A stretch of DNA of 64,000 nucleotides from the human T2T-CHM13v2.0 reference genome, Homo sapiens, in NCBI RefSeq assembly GCF_009914755.1, contig NC_060942.1; one strand, written 5' to 3'. Below are positions 30,137 through 45,195 of this stretch, piece by piece; position 1 is the stretch's first letter; every line of letters starts with the position of its first letter. A program made the translations under genes and the position numbers. The notes below the pieces were generated by a model, which made no database searches, was not told where the DNA came from, and saw nothing but the letters and a program-made list of their open reading frames with translations.

Positions 30137-31865
30137 CTTTTGTTCTTACTGATTGTTGGCAGGTGGGTCAGGCGCTAAACAGCCGAATTTATCATACGGG
30201 GCTGCGTGTTAAATGGACTAGAAGATCATTTAGGGAATTACAGAAGGAAGCTGTTGTATTATTTCAACCATGCAACCATAAAAATATGGACCATGATGAT
30301 CACAATGGGCATAAAAATGAATCAATTTTAAAAAAACTTATATATAAGAATTAAGAGATATATTAAACACCAAGCTACTATGAACAATAAAGATGAAAGA
30401 TACAGTCAGAAAATACATTAAAATTTAGAAACGGGTGCCTTTAGAAAAGCTTGGTATTAATGAGATAGAAAAGGAATCTAGGAGAGAAATATTGTCAGCT
30501 TTTTGAACTTGGGCTGGTTTACACCTTTGTAATTAGAGACACAGTTCCTTCGTCTAGAAAACTGGGAGTTGAACTCATTCATTCCAATGAGTCTTGTGAA
30601 GCTAAGGTGTGATATAAATAAGGTAAAGTGTATGAGGGCAGAAGCCATATAGACTTGATTCACCTTAATAACCTACATCCCAGAACAGTTTTAGCACACT
30701 CTAAGTATTTGATAAGTAAGTATTAAATGAGCGAATAAGTAAATATAGAGACATAAATGTTCAACATTGCAGAAAAACCTTGAGTACAAACAGGAGAAAG
30801 GCCATTATATTGTACACCAATAGATGTCAAACTTGCTTGTTAAAAAACACCTTCTTGCATGTTTCAGTGTGTTTCTACATTGTTTGTTTAAAAGGAAATT
30901 AGGCCAGAAGAAAAAAAAAAGACAACTGAGGCAGGATAAAGTTATTATTGGTTGAAAAAAATTTTCTCAAAACATGGACGCTCTCATTACTTTATAGTAT
31001 AGTTTTCTGTAGAGCACTAACAATTGATGTATTTCTGAAACGGAGCACTTCTATTTGTAATTTTTTATTCATCAACACTCCTAGTGAGAAATTCAGAAAA
31101 AAAATGCTGACATAAAAATGATGATAAACTTAATTTGCAACTATACACTTCTATTGTCAAAGTAAAAACCAAATCCTCTAGCTAATTGTATTTTATCTGG
31201 ATATTTTGCATAATTTTAAAAACTGATTTTGGTTTCTCCTTATGATACAGTTTGTCCATTTCATTTTTGCTCTAATTAATATGTATAACAGTTAATTAAA
31301 AAGTTATTCAAGAATAGGTGGACTTCCTTTCTGATGTGTGGTCATGTGTCCATCCTGATACATCCAAAAACAATTTTTCAGTAGCTTTATTCCTACACGA
31401 TATTTTCATTCCTAAAATCTCCCAAGTGTCCTGTAGTATTTATTTTTCTACTGCAATGATTTAACTCAATCTTAGATGCAATTAAAACTTTTACTCTCAT
31501 GTTATAGACTTAAGTTGACAATGTCAGCACCATAAAACCTTTGTCTTCTAGCCACTATGATGCATCAGTGAAGGCTGCTTCTAAAGGCAGTGGCATGTTT
31601 TATGTAGATTTGTGGCATAATTAAAATACTTCTATATAGAGATAATGGAATATTTAGTGTGGATTTTTAATCTATTTATCACTTAGAAAAAAATAAATCT
31701 ATGCCCCAGGTTTGAAACAAATTTTCCCCTACTCACCACTCCTTTCACATCCGTTGAACTCGAGCTATGTTAAAATGCTTGTGGCACCCAAAACATTCTA
31801 ACTTGCTTCCTTGCCTTTGCTTATGCTATGACTTTTTCCTTTTTTATTTAAAGCTTTTATATTAT

Positions 31866-31994
31866 TTTATTTTTATTGCAACAAGTTTTTGCTATTTTGC
31901 ACAAGCTGGTTTCGAACCCTTGGGATCAAGTGATCCTTCCACCTCAACCTTACCAGTAACTGGTATTACAGTTGCCTGCAACTATGCCCCGCCT
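31866..31994 (-). mobile_element. Alu monomer (FLAM-like)
   Basis: gctattttgcacaagctggtttcgaacccttgggatcaagtgatccttccacctca...attacag...atgccccgcc; a single diverged monomer. Confidence 0.75.
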
Positions 31995-32972
31995 ACCACT
32001 CTTTCTTAACCCTTAGACAACTCTTTGCCTCTGTGGTCTGTCAGCTCTAAAAGCATGACTCCACTAATTTTTTTTATTTCCTCTAATATAAGTGACTATA
32101 CACTCTTTAATATCCTATCCTGTATGTGAGTCTATAATGATACCTGTAATACTTTATTGGTTTCAGTTCTGTTTAACTCTATTTACCTAAAAGTCACAAG
32201 AAGGAAGAACTGTGTCTTCTCTATCTTTGTATGGTAGCATATGTCTCAGAGCAGATCACTTGGTAGACAGTAAGTGTTAAGGTAAGGAAGGAAGCAAAGA
32301 AGAAAATAAGGAAAACAGGGAGGAAAGGGGAGAGGAAGAAAGGAAGGCATCATATTTTTATTCACTGATCTCCAGAAAGAATCAGAGATTGAAAACTGTA
32401 TTATTACATGCAAGTTTAGGATACATTTTCAAGCAATATTCTAAGATTTTCATCTCTCAGTATTGAGATTTTAAGCTGTTATGGACAGTGTCAGAATAGG
32501 GGATATTTTCATAAGGTGATTTCAATGGCAGAAGATGAAGAAGCCGTTGGTCTGGTTAGTATCACAAAAGAACTAGTAGAACAGAGATTATCAGTAAGAA
32601 AATAGAGATCGGAATATAGAGATCAGAAAAAAATAGAGATCATCAGCAAGAAAAACAATTTTTTAAGTGATCTCAATATGTCATTTCTGAATGTGTTAAG
32701 TTAATGACTTCTGAGTCTCTTTCGTTTAGGAAAGTAGTGAATATATTTCAGAACAAAAGTTAAGAACATGGGCTCCAGATTTAACACTGTCCACAGTTAG
32801 TTAATCTCATTAGCTTATTTGTTCTTTAGTGTGAATGTAGGTAATTTAGTTCTGGTTGTCTGTTCCTAGTTGCGTATATCCCTGGTTGAAATAGCATCCC
32901 TTCTTCTTCATCGCACTTCTCAAGTTAGAGAAATGCAGCACTGGGGGAATCATGTCATAGCTCTTAAAGCTC

Positions 32973-32991
32973 TTGCCAGAAGGTGGCGCAG
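32973..32991 (+). promoter_or_regulatory. Candidate CTCF binding motif
   Basis: ttgCCAGAAGGTGGCGCag matches the CTCF core CCASYAGRKGGCRS with one mismatch, in apparently unique sequence. Motif match only. Confidence 0.5.
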
Positions 32992-33552
32992 GGGTTCTCC
33001 CTGTCATACCATTCAGCGAAGGTAATTGCATGACAGATACTGACATGTGATTGTATGTGGCAATGGAACACAACCCTCTTGTCAAATAAAAATTTTAAGA
33101 GGGTTTATAAAAGAATTCAAATATGTTTTGAGCAGCATTTCCAAAGAATTACTTGTGAATGTGAAATTAATAATATGGAAAGACTGATTATAATTTCTGA
33201 AATTATATTCCAGCTGACAAGCTGAAAGATTACGGGATCCATAATCAGAGGAAGGAATAAACATGAGAGCAGAAGTCCTTTAATTGTAACAGAAGATAAG
33301 GCAGAATGTCTGGGCTCAAATATACGCAGATGGTAGATTTGTCGGTGGAAAGTTGAATTAGGTCTCATCAATTGACTTTATTTTCTTAGTCAAGAATAAG
33401 GCACAGTTATCAACTGCAAATTGGTAGTCAGCATGAGATGTTAGGGAGAAAGATAATAAATAAATAAGAGAGTCATCTTTGTGATAAGAAAGCAAAATTT
33501 CCAGAAAAAGAAGGATGAACAGATATTCAGTTTTTCTAAAGTTTTAGCCATA

Positions 33553-33830
33553 AACATATATACATACACACACATATATACATAGACACACAGAAATATA
33601 TAATAAATATTCTAATAAATAAATATTTGATATATGTGTGTATATATTTATATACACATATATTATGTATTATATATGTATACATATATACATGTGTATA
33701 CATATTATGTATGTATATATGTATACATATATAAATATAGACACATAGATATCAAATATATATTTATATATTTCTCTGTGTGTGTATGTGTACATATGTA
33801 TGTGTACATTTATGTATATATATGTATGTT
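33553..33830. repeat. Degenerate (TA/TG/CA)n low-complexity tract
   Basis: Directly visible; explains ORF 33634..33843. Confidence 0.85.
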
Positions 33831-33933
33831 GGTGGAGAGATGAATTAGGTGCTGCTTATTGACTCTATTTTCATATATATGAGACTCTATTTTCTTATAT
33901 ATATAAAGAAAATATATATAAAAGAAATTTTCC

Positions 33934-34227
33934 TTTTTTGGTTTTTTTGAGACAGAGTCTCACTCTGTTGTCCAGGCTGAAGTTCAGTGACACGATCTTG
34001 GCTCACTGCCACCTCTGCCTCCTGGGTTCAAGTGGTTCTCCTGCCTCAGCCTCCCGAGTACCTGAGATTACAGGTGCTGGCCACACCTGGCTAATTTTTG
34101 TAGTTTTAGTAGAGATGGGGTTTCATCATATTTGCCAGGATGGTCTTGAACTCCTGACCTCAGGTGATCCACCCATCTCAGCCTCCCAATGTGCTAGAAT
34201 TACAGGCTTGAGCCACCACACCCAGAC
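33934..34227 (-). mobile_element. AluS
   Basis: Antisense dimer ending ccacacccagac; probable TSD agaaatttt on both sides. Confidence 0.9.
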
Positions 34228-34834
34228 AGAAATTTTTATGTATATATATATAAAATATATGTATAGGAAAATTTATATATATATAAATATATATGAAAAT
34301 TTATATATGGAAAATTTATCATATATAAGAAAATGCATATAAGAATAGAGTCATATTGTATGTATCTGCATATATGTAAATATATCAAATATATTTTTGA
34401 TATATAGAAATATATAGTGAGAAATATATCAAATATTTCACAATTCCATATGTGATAAGAAATTAAGTTGGGTTTGAACTTTTATTGGAGTTATATGAGT
34501 AGAAATAAGGATGTTATGAATACAGAAGGCAATTGTCGCTTTCACAAAAATTTTCCGACATTTCTATAGCATTTTCTACAAAATACTTTCAAAAAAAACC
34601 TTAAAAATAATATGGCCTAAAAAGCTCTTTTGATGTATGTGTTCTGATAGATCATATAGTGTGTGAATTATATATAAAATCTTAAGTGATTGGTCCATTA
34701 ATTCCATATTAACTTTACACAAGACGAATGAAAACTGCCTCTGGAATAGCTTAAATTGAAATCCTATCTAAATATATTATTGAATCTATGTAATATTAAT
34801 GAGAGATCTATGTGTGTGAGGTAGAGGTCAAAGA

Positions 34835-34980
34835 GCTTTATCCACCATATCTCATTTAGAACTCACACCAATACTACAAAATAGGTTTGAGCATTATTTC
34901 ATTTGTAACGTGAAGAAGCTGAGACCAGGGAAGTTAAATGTCCAAAGTCAAAATTTTCACAGTTTGGTTCCAGAGGCCAT
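34835..34980 (-). mobile_element. MIR relic
   Basis: atctcatttagaactcacaccaatactac...gaagaagctgagaccagggaagttaaatgtccaaagtca. Confidence 0.6.
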
Positions 34981-37900
34981 TTTTTAATATTCCTTTTCAT
35001 ATGTAACATATCAAAAGACCCCATAATTACAGCATTATATTCAGGATGAATAAACTGTGGAGAATAAAAACCATCAGGCTACTCCAACTGGAACTATAGC
35101 TGTACGTATGCTAAGAAAGCAGTTTTACCCTTGATAAGATACTGTGTTCAATCCAAACTTTGATATGGTGGGCCTGAAATAGATTTATGGGTGAACCTTT
35201 GCAAAACTGAGTATCTGTTCATCCTCATAAAAACACCACTGTTGATTATAATAGATTTTAAATTCTTGAAACATTGAAAAAAATTAAACACAAATTCCTA
35301 CTTGGAAACACTTGAGAATGAAAACTATGTTCAGTTGTATTCTCTCTTTTATATATGTATAGGGTTAAAATTATATGTATGCACAATTTACTGTGTATAG
35401 TATCCTTTCACCCTTGCCTATGTTTCAAGAATAACTATCAATCATTAAGATAGCTTGATATTCCTTATATATAATATATGCTATCCTTAATAATAACTCA
35501 ATATGTACTTGCTATTAAATATACGTAAGACTGCCGTGAATCTTCAGAGTACTGGCAAAACCAATTAAGACTTCAAAAAATATAAAATAAATTAGGCTTG
35601 CATTTGAAATATTATCTTACCAGTATATTTTCCTCAAACTGCTATAATACACATAAAACTTCTAGGAAAGAAACCTTTTCAAACCGAATGTTGTCGGCTG
35701 GTGTCTTTGTTTATTAAATTAGTGAATTAAATTTTGATGATTTTAAGTATTATAAGACAGACTTATAGTTACTAATTAAACTCACTGAACTTTCTGCGTT
35801 GTAACTTGACATACCCAAAACCTTCTAACATGAAGAGGGTAGAAATAAGAATAGCATTAATTTCATAAAAGGTGTGTAGGAATGTCTTAGCCAAGTTATA
35901 GATACACTAATTCTAACAGGTTTTTTATCTTTTCTTCTAATTGCCTGGCAACGTCTATAGAACTGGAATAGGAATCTATTTCTGGATGCTCATTATAAGT
36001 AAATGCAGTCAAGCATCATTGTATCCCACAAATCTGGACTTGAAATGACACCTCTGGAAGCACCATAGACATGATATGTTAAAGTATCTAAAGGTAATCA
36101 TTAAAACAGAAGACAAAAAACCCTGAGAAGAGTAAGAGAAAGATCTACATCAAATTAATTATATTTTAGTGAAGAATATAACTGACCAGTATTTAAAACG
36201 GCTTTTGTTTCCTACTTGCCACGCACACTTGCAGTTATAAAACCAGGCAGAAGTATGTTAGTTGACAGAGATAGATGTGCATAAATAATTGCCTAAAGTG
36301 AATAAGGTAGAATAATAATGAAGAAGGCTGAATCATTATAGAGTACAAAGTTTAGGCCTTCCTAATATTTCATGTATTCCCACAATTATTTCTACTGAAA
36401 CCCAAAAACAACCTTGTTTACTGAACAACAAACGGGAGTTTCTTGAATTATCTATAAAGCACAAGCTTTATCTGTTCAAAGCTTCTAAAGGTCAAACAGC
36501 AATATCAGCTAGTTTTCATTACATACAACAAAAAGTATTACATGTAGACATTCATGTTGCAGGATTTAGGTAGCTGCTTCTCAGAATATGAGCTTTGAAT
36601 TTTAATGCAGCATTCCACTGCCTTTTCAAAGTCTTACTGGACCTGATTCAAGATTTAAGAAAGATGGATCAAATTATTTCATAATAGCTCCAGGAAAAGA
36701 AAATCAAAGTCATTGGTTTTAATTTTTCTCTATGCATTAGTATTTAAGACTAAACGAAGGCATTGATTATCAGTCAGTTAATATCGATTGAGTCATATAC
36801 CAGAGTTATCTGTTTAAAGCTAAAATTAAAATGTAAATGAACTTTTCCCCCTTAACTTCATGGCTATATAGCAGACCTTTTAGCTAATGTTATATTAATG
36901 TTACATATTGTAATATATAGCAATATGCTATTGTCTTTAAATTATGATCTCAGAATTGTAAGAATTGTCTATAAATCCTTGTATGTAGTTTATTCTGCAT
37001 CAGTCATGAACACACCGAAGACTAGGCTAGAATTTGCACTGTCTGGATTATTTTACAGTAATAGTGAATTATCTCAGTGAGCAAGGTTCTATGGAATGTT
37101 TAATTTATACAAAATGTGCCCCTGTGTTAAACTTGTTAGACTTGCGATAATGTCCTCTGGCTTATGATTAATTACTCAACTTGCTGACTGTGGTTCAGCA
37201 GTAGATCTTGGCCCTTGGATCTGAGCGTTGACAGTGAAACAAATAGAGGTAAACTGGAGCATGTCAGAACTCTGTGTAGATAAAAAGAGATCTAAAGAAC
37301 TAAACATATCAAGCATGCTTTATACATCTGTGGCTTTTGTTGTTTGGCAGGAGGTTAAGAGGATTCTTTTTGATGGAACATTACATTTGTTCATACAAGA
37401 TTGCTATTGCTCTGAGTGTGCTTCAGAGGGTTGCAGAACTTTGTAAATGAGAGTCTGATGCTTTCTCACTACTTGTGAGGAAGGGGCAAGAGACCCATGT
37501 GGACTTTGAAGCCTCCGTTTCTACTTCAATGAGAGAAACACATGTATTTTTCTATTTCTGCAGATTTATTTCAAACAAAATTTTCCAAGCTTTTGTTTAA
37601 CCTCTGACTTAATAGATTTGCTGCAAACTGTTTTATAAAAAAAAAAATTGCACCATGTAAAGACAACATTTAATTAATTTTCTCTGCCATGCTATAATCT
37701 GTGAAACCATAGCTAACTAGGATGTCATAACCCTACAATTGTGCTCAGCTTTCCCTGCTTCTGTTGGTTTTTCACTGATAAACAGTTGTAGCAGAGCAGC
37801 CAGCTCAAGCTGCCTAACTCCCCTGAAACCCTAGCTCTGTACCCATATGGCACTGTCCTGATAGGCACTTTTCCCACCTGTCAGTCAGTGGATATTTACT

Positions 37901-38681
37901 CATTCAGGCATTCACAGTCACTGTGGTCTAGGGACTAAGGAGACTTTGGGGATACAACTGTTCAAAAGTAAACTCGGTTTCTGGGAACATTTCATTGATT
38001 CATTCACACTATGGTATTTCATGCTGGAGCCACTGTGCCCTGCCCACTGTTACCTGTATATGGAATCTGTCACTTTCCAATATACGATTTTATTGTGTTA
38101 AAATGTTTTCACCTTATCTGGCCATTTAGTGAACATTTTCCCCAAATCAGTACTGGCTGTATCTAGTATTGATTAGTTATATTACATCAAGTGTTAATTT
38201 AAATTCTGCCCTGATTGTTCTATTTGCCTTTTAAGAAAATGTCAACTCGAAGTTTGTGATTTCATGGGCTGCTTTCTTCTGCATATCCACGGATACAGAT
38301 AAATTTAAAATTAAACAAACAAACAAACAAAATCAACCTGTGGAGAACAGACTATTTCTCCACACTTAACCTTCTAGGAACAACATGGAATCCTTACCCC
38401 CTCAGTTTTCCTTCTTGACCAGAATGTCTACATTGTTTCTCTATATTGTGTCCATTAGGATCAGTGGTTAATTAAAAGGTTTACCTAATATTTTGATTGA
38501 TTTTTCTCCAAAATGCACTCTATTTTATCTTGTTTTTCAAGATCCAATATTGCAGTGCACGATCAAAAGTTACATAGTTATAAGACACAGCTAAGGATAT
38601 CACAACCGGATATAGACTTGGACACATATGTTGCACAGTTATGAGACCAGTACCTTCTGAATTTGTGCAGGGAATAACTTT

Positions 38682-38971
38682 ATTTATTTATTTTGAGACA
38701 GAGTTTTGCTCTTGTTGCCCAGGCTATAGTGCAATGGTAGATCTCAGCTCACTGCAACCTCCACCTCCCGGGTTCAACCAATTCTCCTGCCTCAGCCTCC
38801 TGAGTAGCTGGGATTACAGGCATGTGACTCCACGCCTGGCTAATTTTCTATTTTTAGTAGAGACAGATTTTCTCCATGTTGGTCAGGCTGGTCTCGAACT
38901 CCCGACCTCAGGTAATCCACCGGCCTTGGCCTCCGAAAGTGCTGGGAGAGACATGAGCCACCATGCCCAGG
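38682..38971 (-). mobile_element. AluSp-like
   Basis: gctcttgttgcccagg, tctccatgttggtcaggctgg and ctcccgacctcagg diagnostics; 12-bp TSD gggaataacttt at 38670-38681 and 38972-38983. Confidence 0.9.
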
Positions 38972-41900
38972 GGGAATAACTTTTATAACCATTAGTGTCA
39001 ACCCTACCTCACACCAGAGTCCACGAAATTTATAATTTTTGTTGAGGAAATAAAAATACTTTTTCCCTTAGAATTTTTATTTTTGAATTGTTTCTTTCTG
39101 ATATGTAACAAAACAAGAATATTCAATATTTTAAAGAAATGAATATTTCATAGGAAATAATGTCTGACTCTTACAAGCATATCACACACTTACAAGTATA
39201 CTACAGTCTCAGTTCCTGGAGAGATTAGTCTAACATTTTAACAACAATTTACTGGATTCTTAATGGGCTTGCATGATATATCCTATGATATATCCTATGA
39301 TAAGAGTTTTTTATATAGTCAAAAATATTGAAAAAACATAATGACTTTATCAGTCATACATAAGTGGCATACCAATATAATGTTTGAAAATAAAATACTT
39401 CTAGCTTTGGTTATAATCTAGATATTCATTCTTTACATAATTAATACAAGTAATTTATACTCTCTAAAATATTTTTTAAAAGATTTTAAGATCAGTTTAT
39501 AGCAAAAACAATTATCATTTTCTTGCCTAATTTCATTTGTCACAACTCAAAATAAGGTAAAAAAAAATGGAAGGCTTGAATTGACAACTTCATTTGGAAC
39601 CTTGTTGAGAAGTTTTTTATTACATAAGATAATACAACGTGCTATATTTGTGTGATTTTTCTAACGGATTTTTGTGTCTTATTTCAGAATGACAATTATG
39701 AACTCAGTGATGCCCATTTTAGAGGACACATTTTCCCAAGTAGTTTTTCCTTCATGTAAAATCATAGAGTTAAAAACAAAAACGTATAATAAAGCTAAGT
39801 CTCAATGACTGTTTTAGGAATAGTTATGGGGCAAAAAAAAAAAAAAGAAACAAAAACATAGTTTTGTTTTGTCTGAGATGAAAATGTGTAATTTTGAACA
39901 CGATGATACTTTCCTTCCCTTGGGAAGTACACCTATCTTCACAGTAATCAAAATAAAGGCCTCAGTCATTGTAAAAGGAACAGTACTAAGTGAAACTAGT
40001 ATGTTGTAATTAATTGAAAGCCAAGAATCAGTTTTTGGTTTTTGCAGTTTTTTAAAATATCATTGTTATTTTCTTAATTTTTGTGGATACATAATAGGTG
40101 TATGTATTTATGGGGTACATGAGATATTTTGACACAGGGACACAATGCATAATAATCACATCAAAGTATATGGGAAACCCATTACCTCCAGCATTTATCC
40201 TTTGTGTTAAAAATAATCCAATTATACTCTTTTGGTTATTTTAAAATGTACAATATATTATTGTCCACTGTAGTCACTCTGTTGCATTATAATATACTAG
40301 ATCTTATTAGCCTATGTAACTATATTTTTAGGCCCATTAAACATCCCCACTTCCCCACTCACTACCCCCTTCCCCTTCCCACCCCGCCCTCCCCCTCCAC
40401 ATCACTACCATTTCCAGCCTCTGGTAGCCATCATTCTACTCTCTATCTACACAAGCTCAATTGTTTTTATTTGTTAGATCCCACAAATAAGTGAGAACAT
40501 GCAAAGTTTGTTTTCCTGTGCCCGGTTTATTTCACTTAACATAATAACATGAAGTTCCATTCATTGTGTTGCAAATGAGAGGATCTCATTCTTTATTATG
40601 ACTGAATAGTACTCCATTGTGTAAATGTACCACATTTTCTTTGTCCATTCATCTGGTGATGGACATTAGGTTGCTTCCAGTCTTGGACATTGTGAATAGA
40701 GCTGCAATAAACTTGGGAGTGCAGATATCTCTTCTACATACTAATTTCCCTTGTTTGGAGTATATACCTAGCAGTGGGATTGCTGAATCACATGGTAATT
40801 CTATTTACAGATTTTTGAGGAACCTGCCAACTGTTCTCCATAGAGATTGCACTAGTTTACACTCCTACCAATAGTGTACGAGGGTTCCCTTTTCTCCACA
40901 TCCTTGCCAGGATTTTATATTGCCGGTTTTTGGACAAAAGCCATTTAACTGGGATAAGATGACATCTTATTGTCTTTTTGATTTTTATTTCTCTGATGAT
41001 CAGTAGTGTTGAGCATCTTTTCATATACTTGTTTGCCATTTGTGTATCTTCTTTTGAGGAATGTCTATTCAGATCATTAGACAATATTTAACCAGATTAT
41101 TAGATTTTCTCCTATTGAGTTGTTTGAGTACCTTATATATTCTGGTTATTAATCCCTTGTCAGATGGATAGTTTGCAGATATTTTCACCCATTCTGTTAA
41201 TTGTCTCTTTACTTTGTCAATTGTTTCCTGTGCTGTGCAGAAGCCTTCTGACTGGACGTGATCACATTTGTCCATTATTGCTTTGGTTGTCTGTGCTTGT
41301 AGGGTATTGCTCAATAAATTTTTGCCCAGAACAATATTTTGGAGATTTTCCCCAATGTTTTCTTGCAGTAGTTTTATGGGTTTTGTTTTAAGTCTTTTAA
41401 GTAGTTTTGAGGTCTTAGATATAAGTATTGAATCCATTTTGATTTGGTTTTTGTATATGGCAAGAAAAATGAGACTAGTTTCATTTTTCTGCATATAGAT
41501 ATTCAGTTTTCCCAGCAATATTTATTGAAGAGACTGTCTTTTCCCTAAAGTATGTTCTTGGCACCTTTGTCAAAAATGAGTTAACTGTAGATGTATGGAT
41601 TTGTTTTTGGGTTTTCTTCTTTTTTTTTTTTTTTTCCATTGGTAAATGGGTTTGTTTTTATGCCAGTACCATGCTGTCTTGATTACTATAGCTCTGTAGT
41701 ATAATTAAAAGTGAGGTAAATTGATTCATCCAGTTTCGTTCGTTTCACTCAGGACAGCTTTGGGTTTTCTGGGTCTCTTGTGGTTTTATATACATTTAGG
41801 ATTTTTTTTTCTATTTCTGTAGAGAATATTATTGGTACATTTACATTTGCATTGATTCTGTAGTTTGCATTACTGGGTAAAATGGACATTGAAATAATAT

Positions 41901-42897
41901 TGATTATTCCAGTCTATTAACATAGAATATATTTCCATCCTTTGAGTCCTCTTCAATTTCATGCATCAACACTTTATGCTTTCCATTGTAGATATCATTT
42001 ACTTCCTTGGTTAAGTTTATTCCTAGGCTTTTATTTGTGGATATTGTAAATAGGGCTACTTTCTTGATTCCTTTTTCAAATTTTGCACTGTTGGTAAATA
42101 GAAATGCTATTGATTTTTGAACATTGATTTTTCATTCTGCAAATTTACTGAATTTTCTTATCAATTCTAATAGTTTTTGGTAGAGACTTTAGGTTTACCA
42201 AATATAAGATTATATCATCTGCAAAAAGGTTAACTTGACTTCTTTTCCAATCTGGATGTCTTTTATTTCTCTATTTTGTCTGATTGCTTGTGCTAGGATT
42301 TCCAGTGTTATGCTGAATAACAGTGGTGAAAGTGGGCAGCTTTATCTTATTCCAGATCTTAGAGGAAAGGCTTTAAATTTTTCCCTTTCAGTATGATACT
42401 AATTGTAGGTCTGTTGTATATGGCTTTTATTGTGTTGATATATGCTCCTTCTATACCCAGTTTTATGAGTTCTTAATCATAAAGGGATGCTGTAATTTAT
42501 CAGATGTGTGTTCCACATCAGTTGAAATGATCATATGGATTTTGCCCTTCATTATGTTGATGTGATATATCACTGATTTGCATGTGTTAAGCAATCCTTA
42601 ACATCTAGGTTAAATCCCATTTGATCATAATAGATGATCTTTTTAATGTGTTGTTGAATTACCTTTGACAGTATTTTGTTGAGGATTTTTGCTTTGATGT
42701 TCATCAGGGATGTAGACCTGTAGTTTTCTTCTTCGGTTGTCTCTTTGTCTAGTTTTGGTATCAGGGTAATATTGACATTGTAGAATGAGATTTGAAGTAT
42801 TCCCTTCTCTATTTTTCAGAATACTTAGAGTAGAATTGGTATTAATACTTCTTTAAATGTTTTATAGAATTCAGCAGTGAAGCCATCGGGTCCCAGG

Positions 42898-42998
42898 CTT
42901 TTTGTTTTGTTTTGTTTTTTGTTCGTTTGCTTGTTTTGTTTTTGTTTTGTTTGTTTTTTTGTTGTTGTTTTTGGCTTTGTTTGTCTGTTTGTTTTTTG
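42898..42998. repeat. (TTTG/TTG)n microsatellite inside the L1MA ORF2
   Basis: About 100-bp T/G run expanded from the L1 polyT between cccaggc and tgggagacta. Confidence 0.88.
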
Positions 42999-44885
42999 GC
43001 TGGGAGACTATTTATTACACCTTTGATCTCGATATTGTTCTGTTCAGGTTTTTTATTTCTTCCGAGTTCAATCTTCATATATTGTATGAGCCAGAAATGT
43101 ATACATTTCTTTTAAGATTTCAAATTTTTTGGCATATAGTTGCTAATTATAGCCACTAATGATCTTTTGAATTTCTACCGTGTCAATTGTAATGTATCCT
43201 TTTTCATCTCTGATTTTATTTATTTAGGTCTTGTCTCTTTTTTTCCTCAGGTAATATGTCTAAACTTTGGTCAATTTTATTTACCTTTTCAAAAAACTAA
43301 CTCTTCATACTGTTGATCTTTTGTATTATTTTCTTTGTTTGAATTTCACTTACTTCTGCCCTGATCTTTATTTTATTTTCTACTAATTTTGGATTTCATT
43401 TGCTCTTGCTCTTATAGTTCTTTAAGTTCATTATTAGTATATTATTTATTGGAAGTTTCTCCTCTTTTAGAATGTGAGCACATATAGCCGTAAACTTCCC
43501 TCCTAGTACTGCTTTCACTGTATCCCATATGTTTTAGTATGTTGGTTTTTCATTCTCACTCATTTCAAGGTATTTTTCAATTTTGTTCTTAATTTCATTA
43601 TTTACCCATTTGTCATTCAGGAGCATATTATTAAATTTCCATGTGTTAGTATAGTTTCCAAATTTTCTCTTGTTATTGATTTCTAGTTTTATTCCATTGT
43701 GGTCAGAGAATATAATTGATATTATTTCACTTTCTTGAATGTTTTAAGACTTGTTTTGTGGCCTAACATGTTGTTTATCTTTGAGAATGATTCAGGTGCT
43801 GAGGAAAAGAATGTGTATTTTGCAACCTTTGTACAAAATGGTCTGTAAATATCTATTAGATCTATTTGTTTTATATTGAAGATGGTTTATTGTTGATTTT
43901 GTATCTGGATGATCTGTTCATTGCTGAAAGTGAGGGTGTGAAGCCTCCCATTATTATTGTATTGGGGTCCATCTCTGTTTTGGCTCTGATAATATTTGCT
44001 TTATATTAATACATCAAGGTGCTCTGGTGTTGGGTGTATATATATTTAAAATTGTTATATCCTCTTGCTGAATTGACCTCTTTAACATTATATAGTGACT
44101 TGATTTGTCTCTTCTTATAGTTTTTGTCTTGAAATCTATTTTTTCTGTTTTAACTATAGCTACTCCTATTCCTTTTTGATTTCCATTGACATGGAATATA
44201 TTTTTCCATCCCTTTATTTTTAGTCTATGTGGGTCTTTATAGGTAAAATGTGTTTCTTGTAGGCAAAAGATCATTTGGTCTTTTTTGTTTCTTTGTTTTA
44301 TTTTATTTTATTTTAATCCATTCAGCCACTCTATGTCTTTTGATTAGAAAGTTTAATTCATTATATTCAATGTTATTCTTGATAAATATGAACTTATTCC
44401 TGCCATTTTGTTATTTGCTTTCTGGTCTTCTCTTCCTTCTTTCCTTTCTTCCTGCCTTCCTTTTAGTGAAGGTGATTTTCTTAGGTGCGTATTTTAATTT
44501 GTTTTTTAATTTTTATTTTTTGTTTATCTGTTGCATGCATTTTGACTTTAGGTTACTATGAGGCTTTCAAATATCTTATAACTCATTATTTTAAACTAAT
44601 TATAACTTAACACGGCACAAAGGAGCAAGCAAACTAACACACAAAGAGAAAACTAATAACTCTACACTTCGTCCCCCTACTTTTCAACATTTTGTTGTTT
44701 CCATTTTTATTTTATTATACTATGTCTTTAAAAGTTGTTGCAGTTATCATTTTGATAGGCTCATCTTTTAGACTTTCTACTGAAGACATGAGTAGTTTAC
44801 ACACCATAATTATACTGTTATAATATTCTGTGTTTTTCTGTGTATTTACTGTTAACAATGAGTTTTGTACCTGAGGATGATTTCC

Positions 44886-45195
<310 letters not shown>

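Noticed and set aside
39660-39745. Possible small spliced exon (polypyrimidine tract plus ttcag acceptor; similar acceptor near 37563)
   Set aside because: Such motifs are common in AT-rich DNA; the donor is weak and there is no coding signal or transcript evidence.
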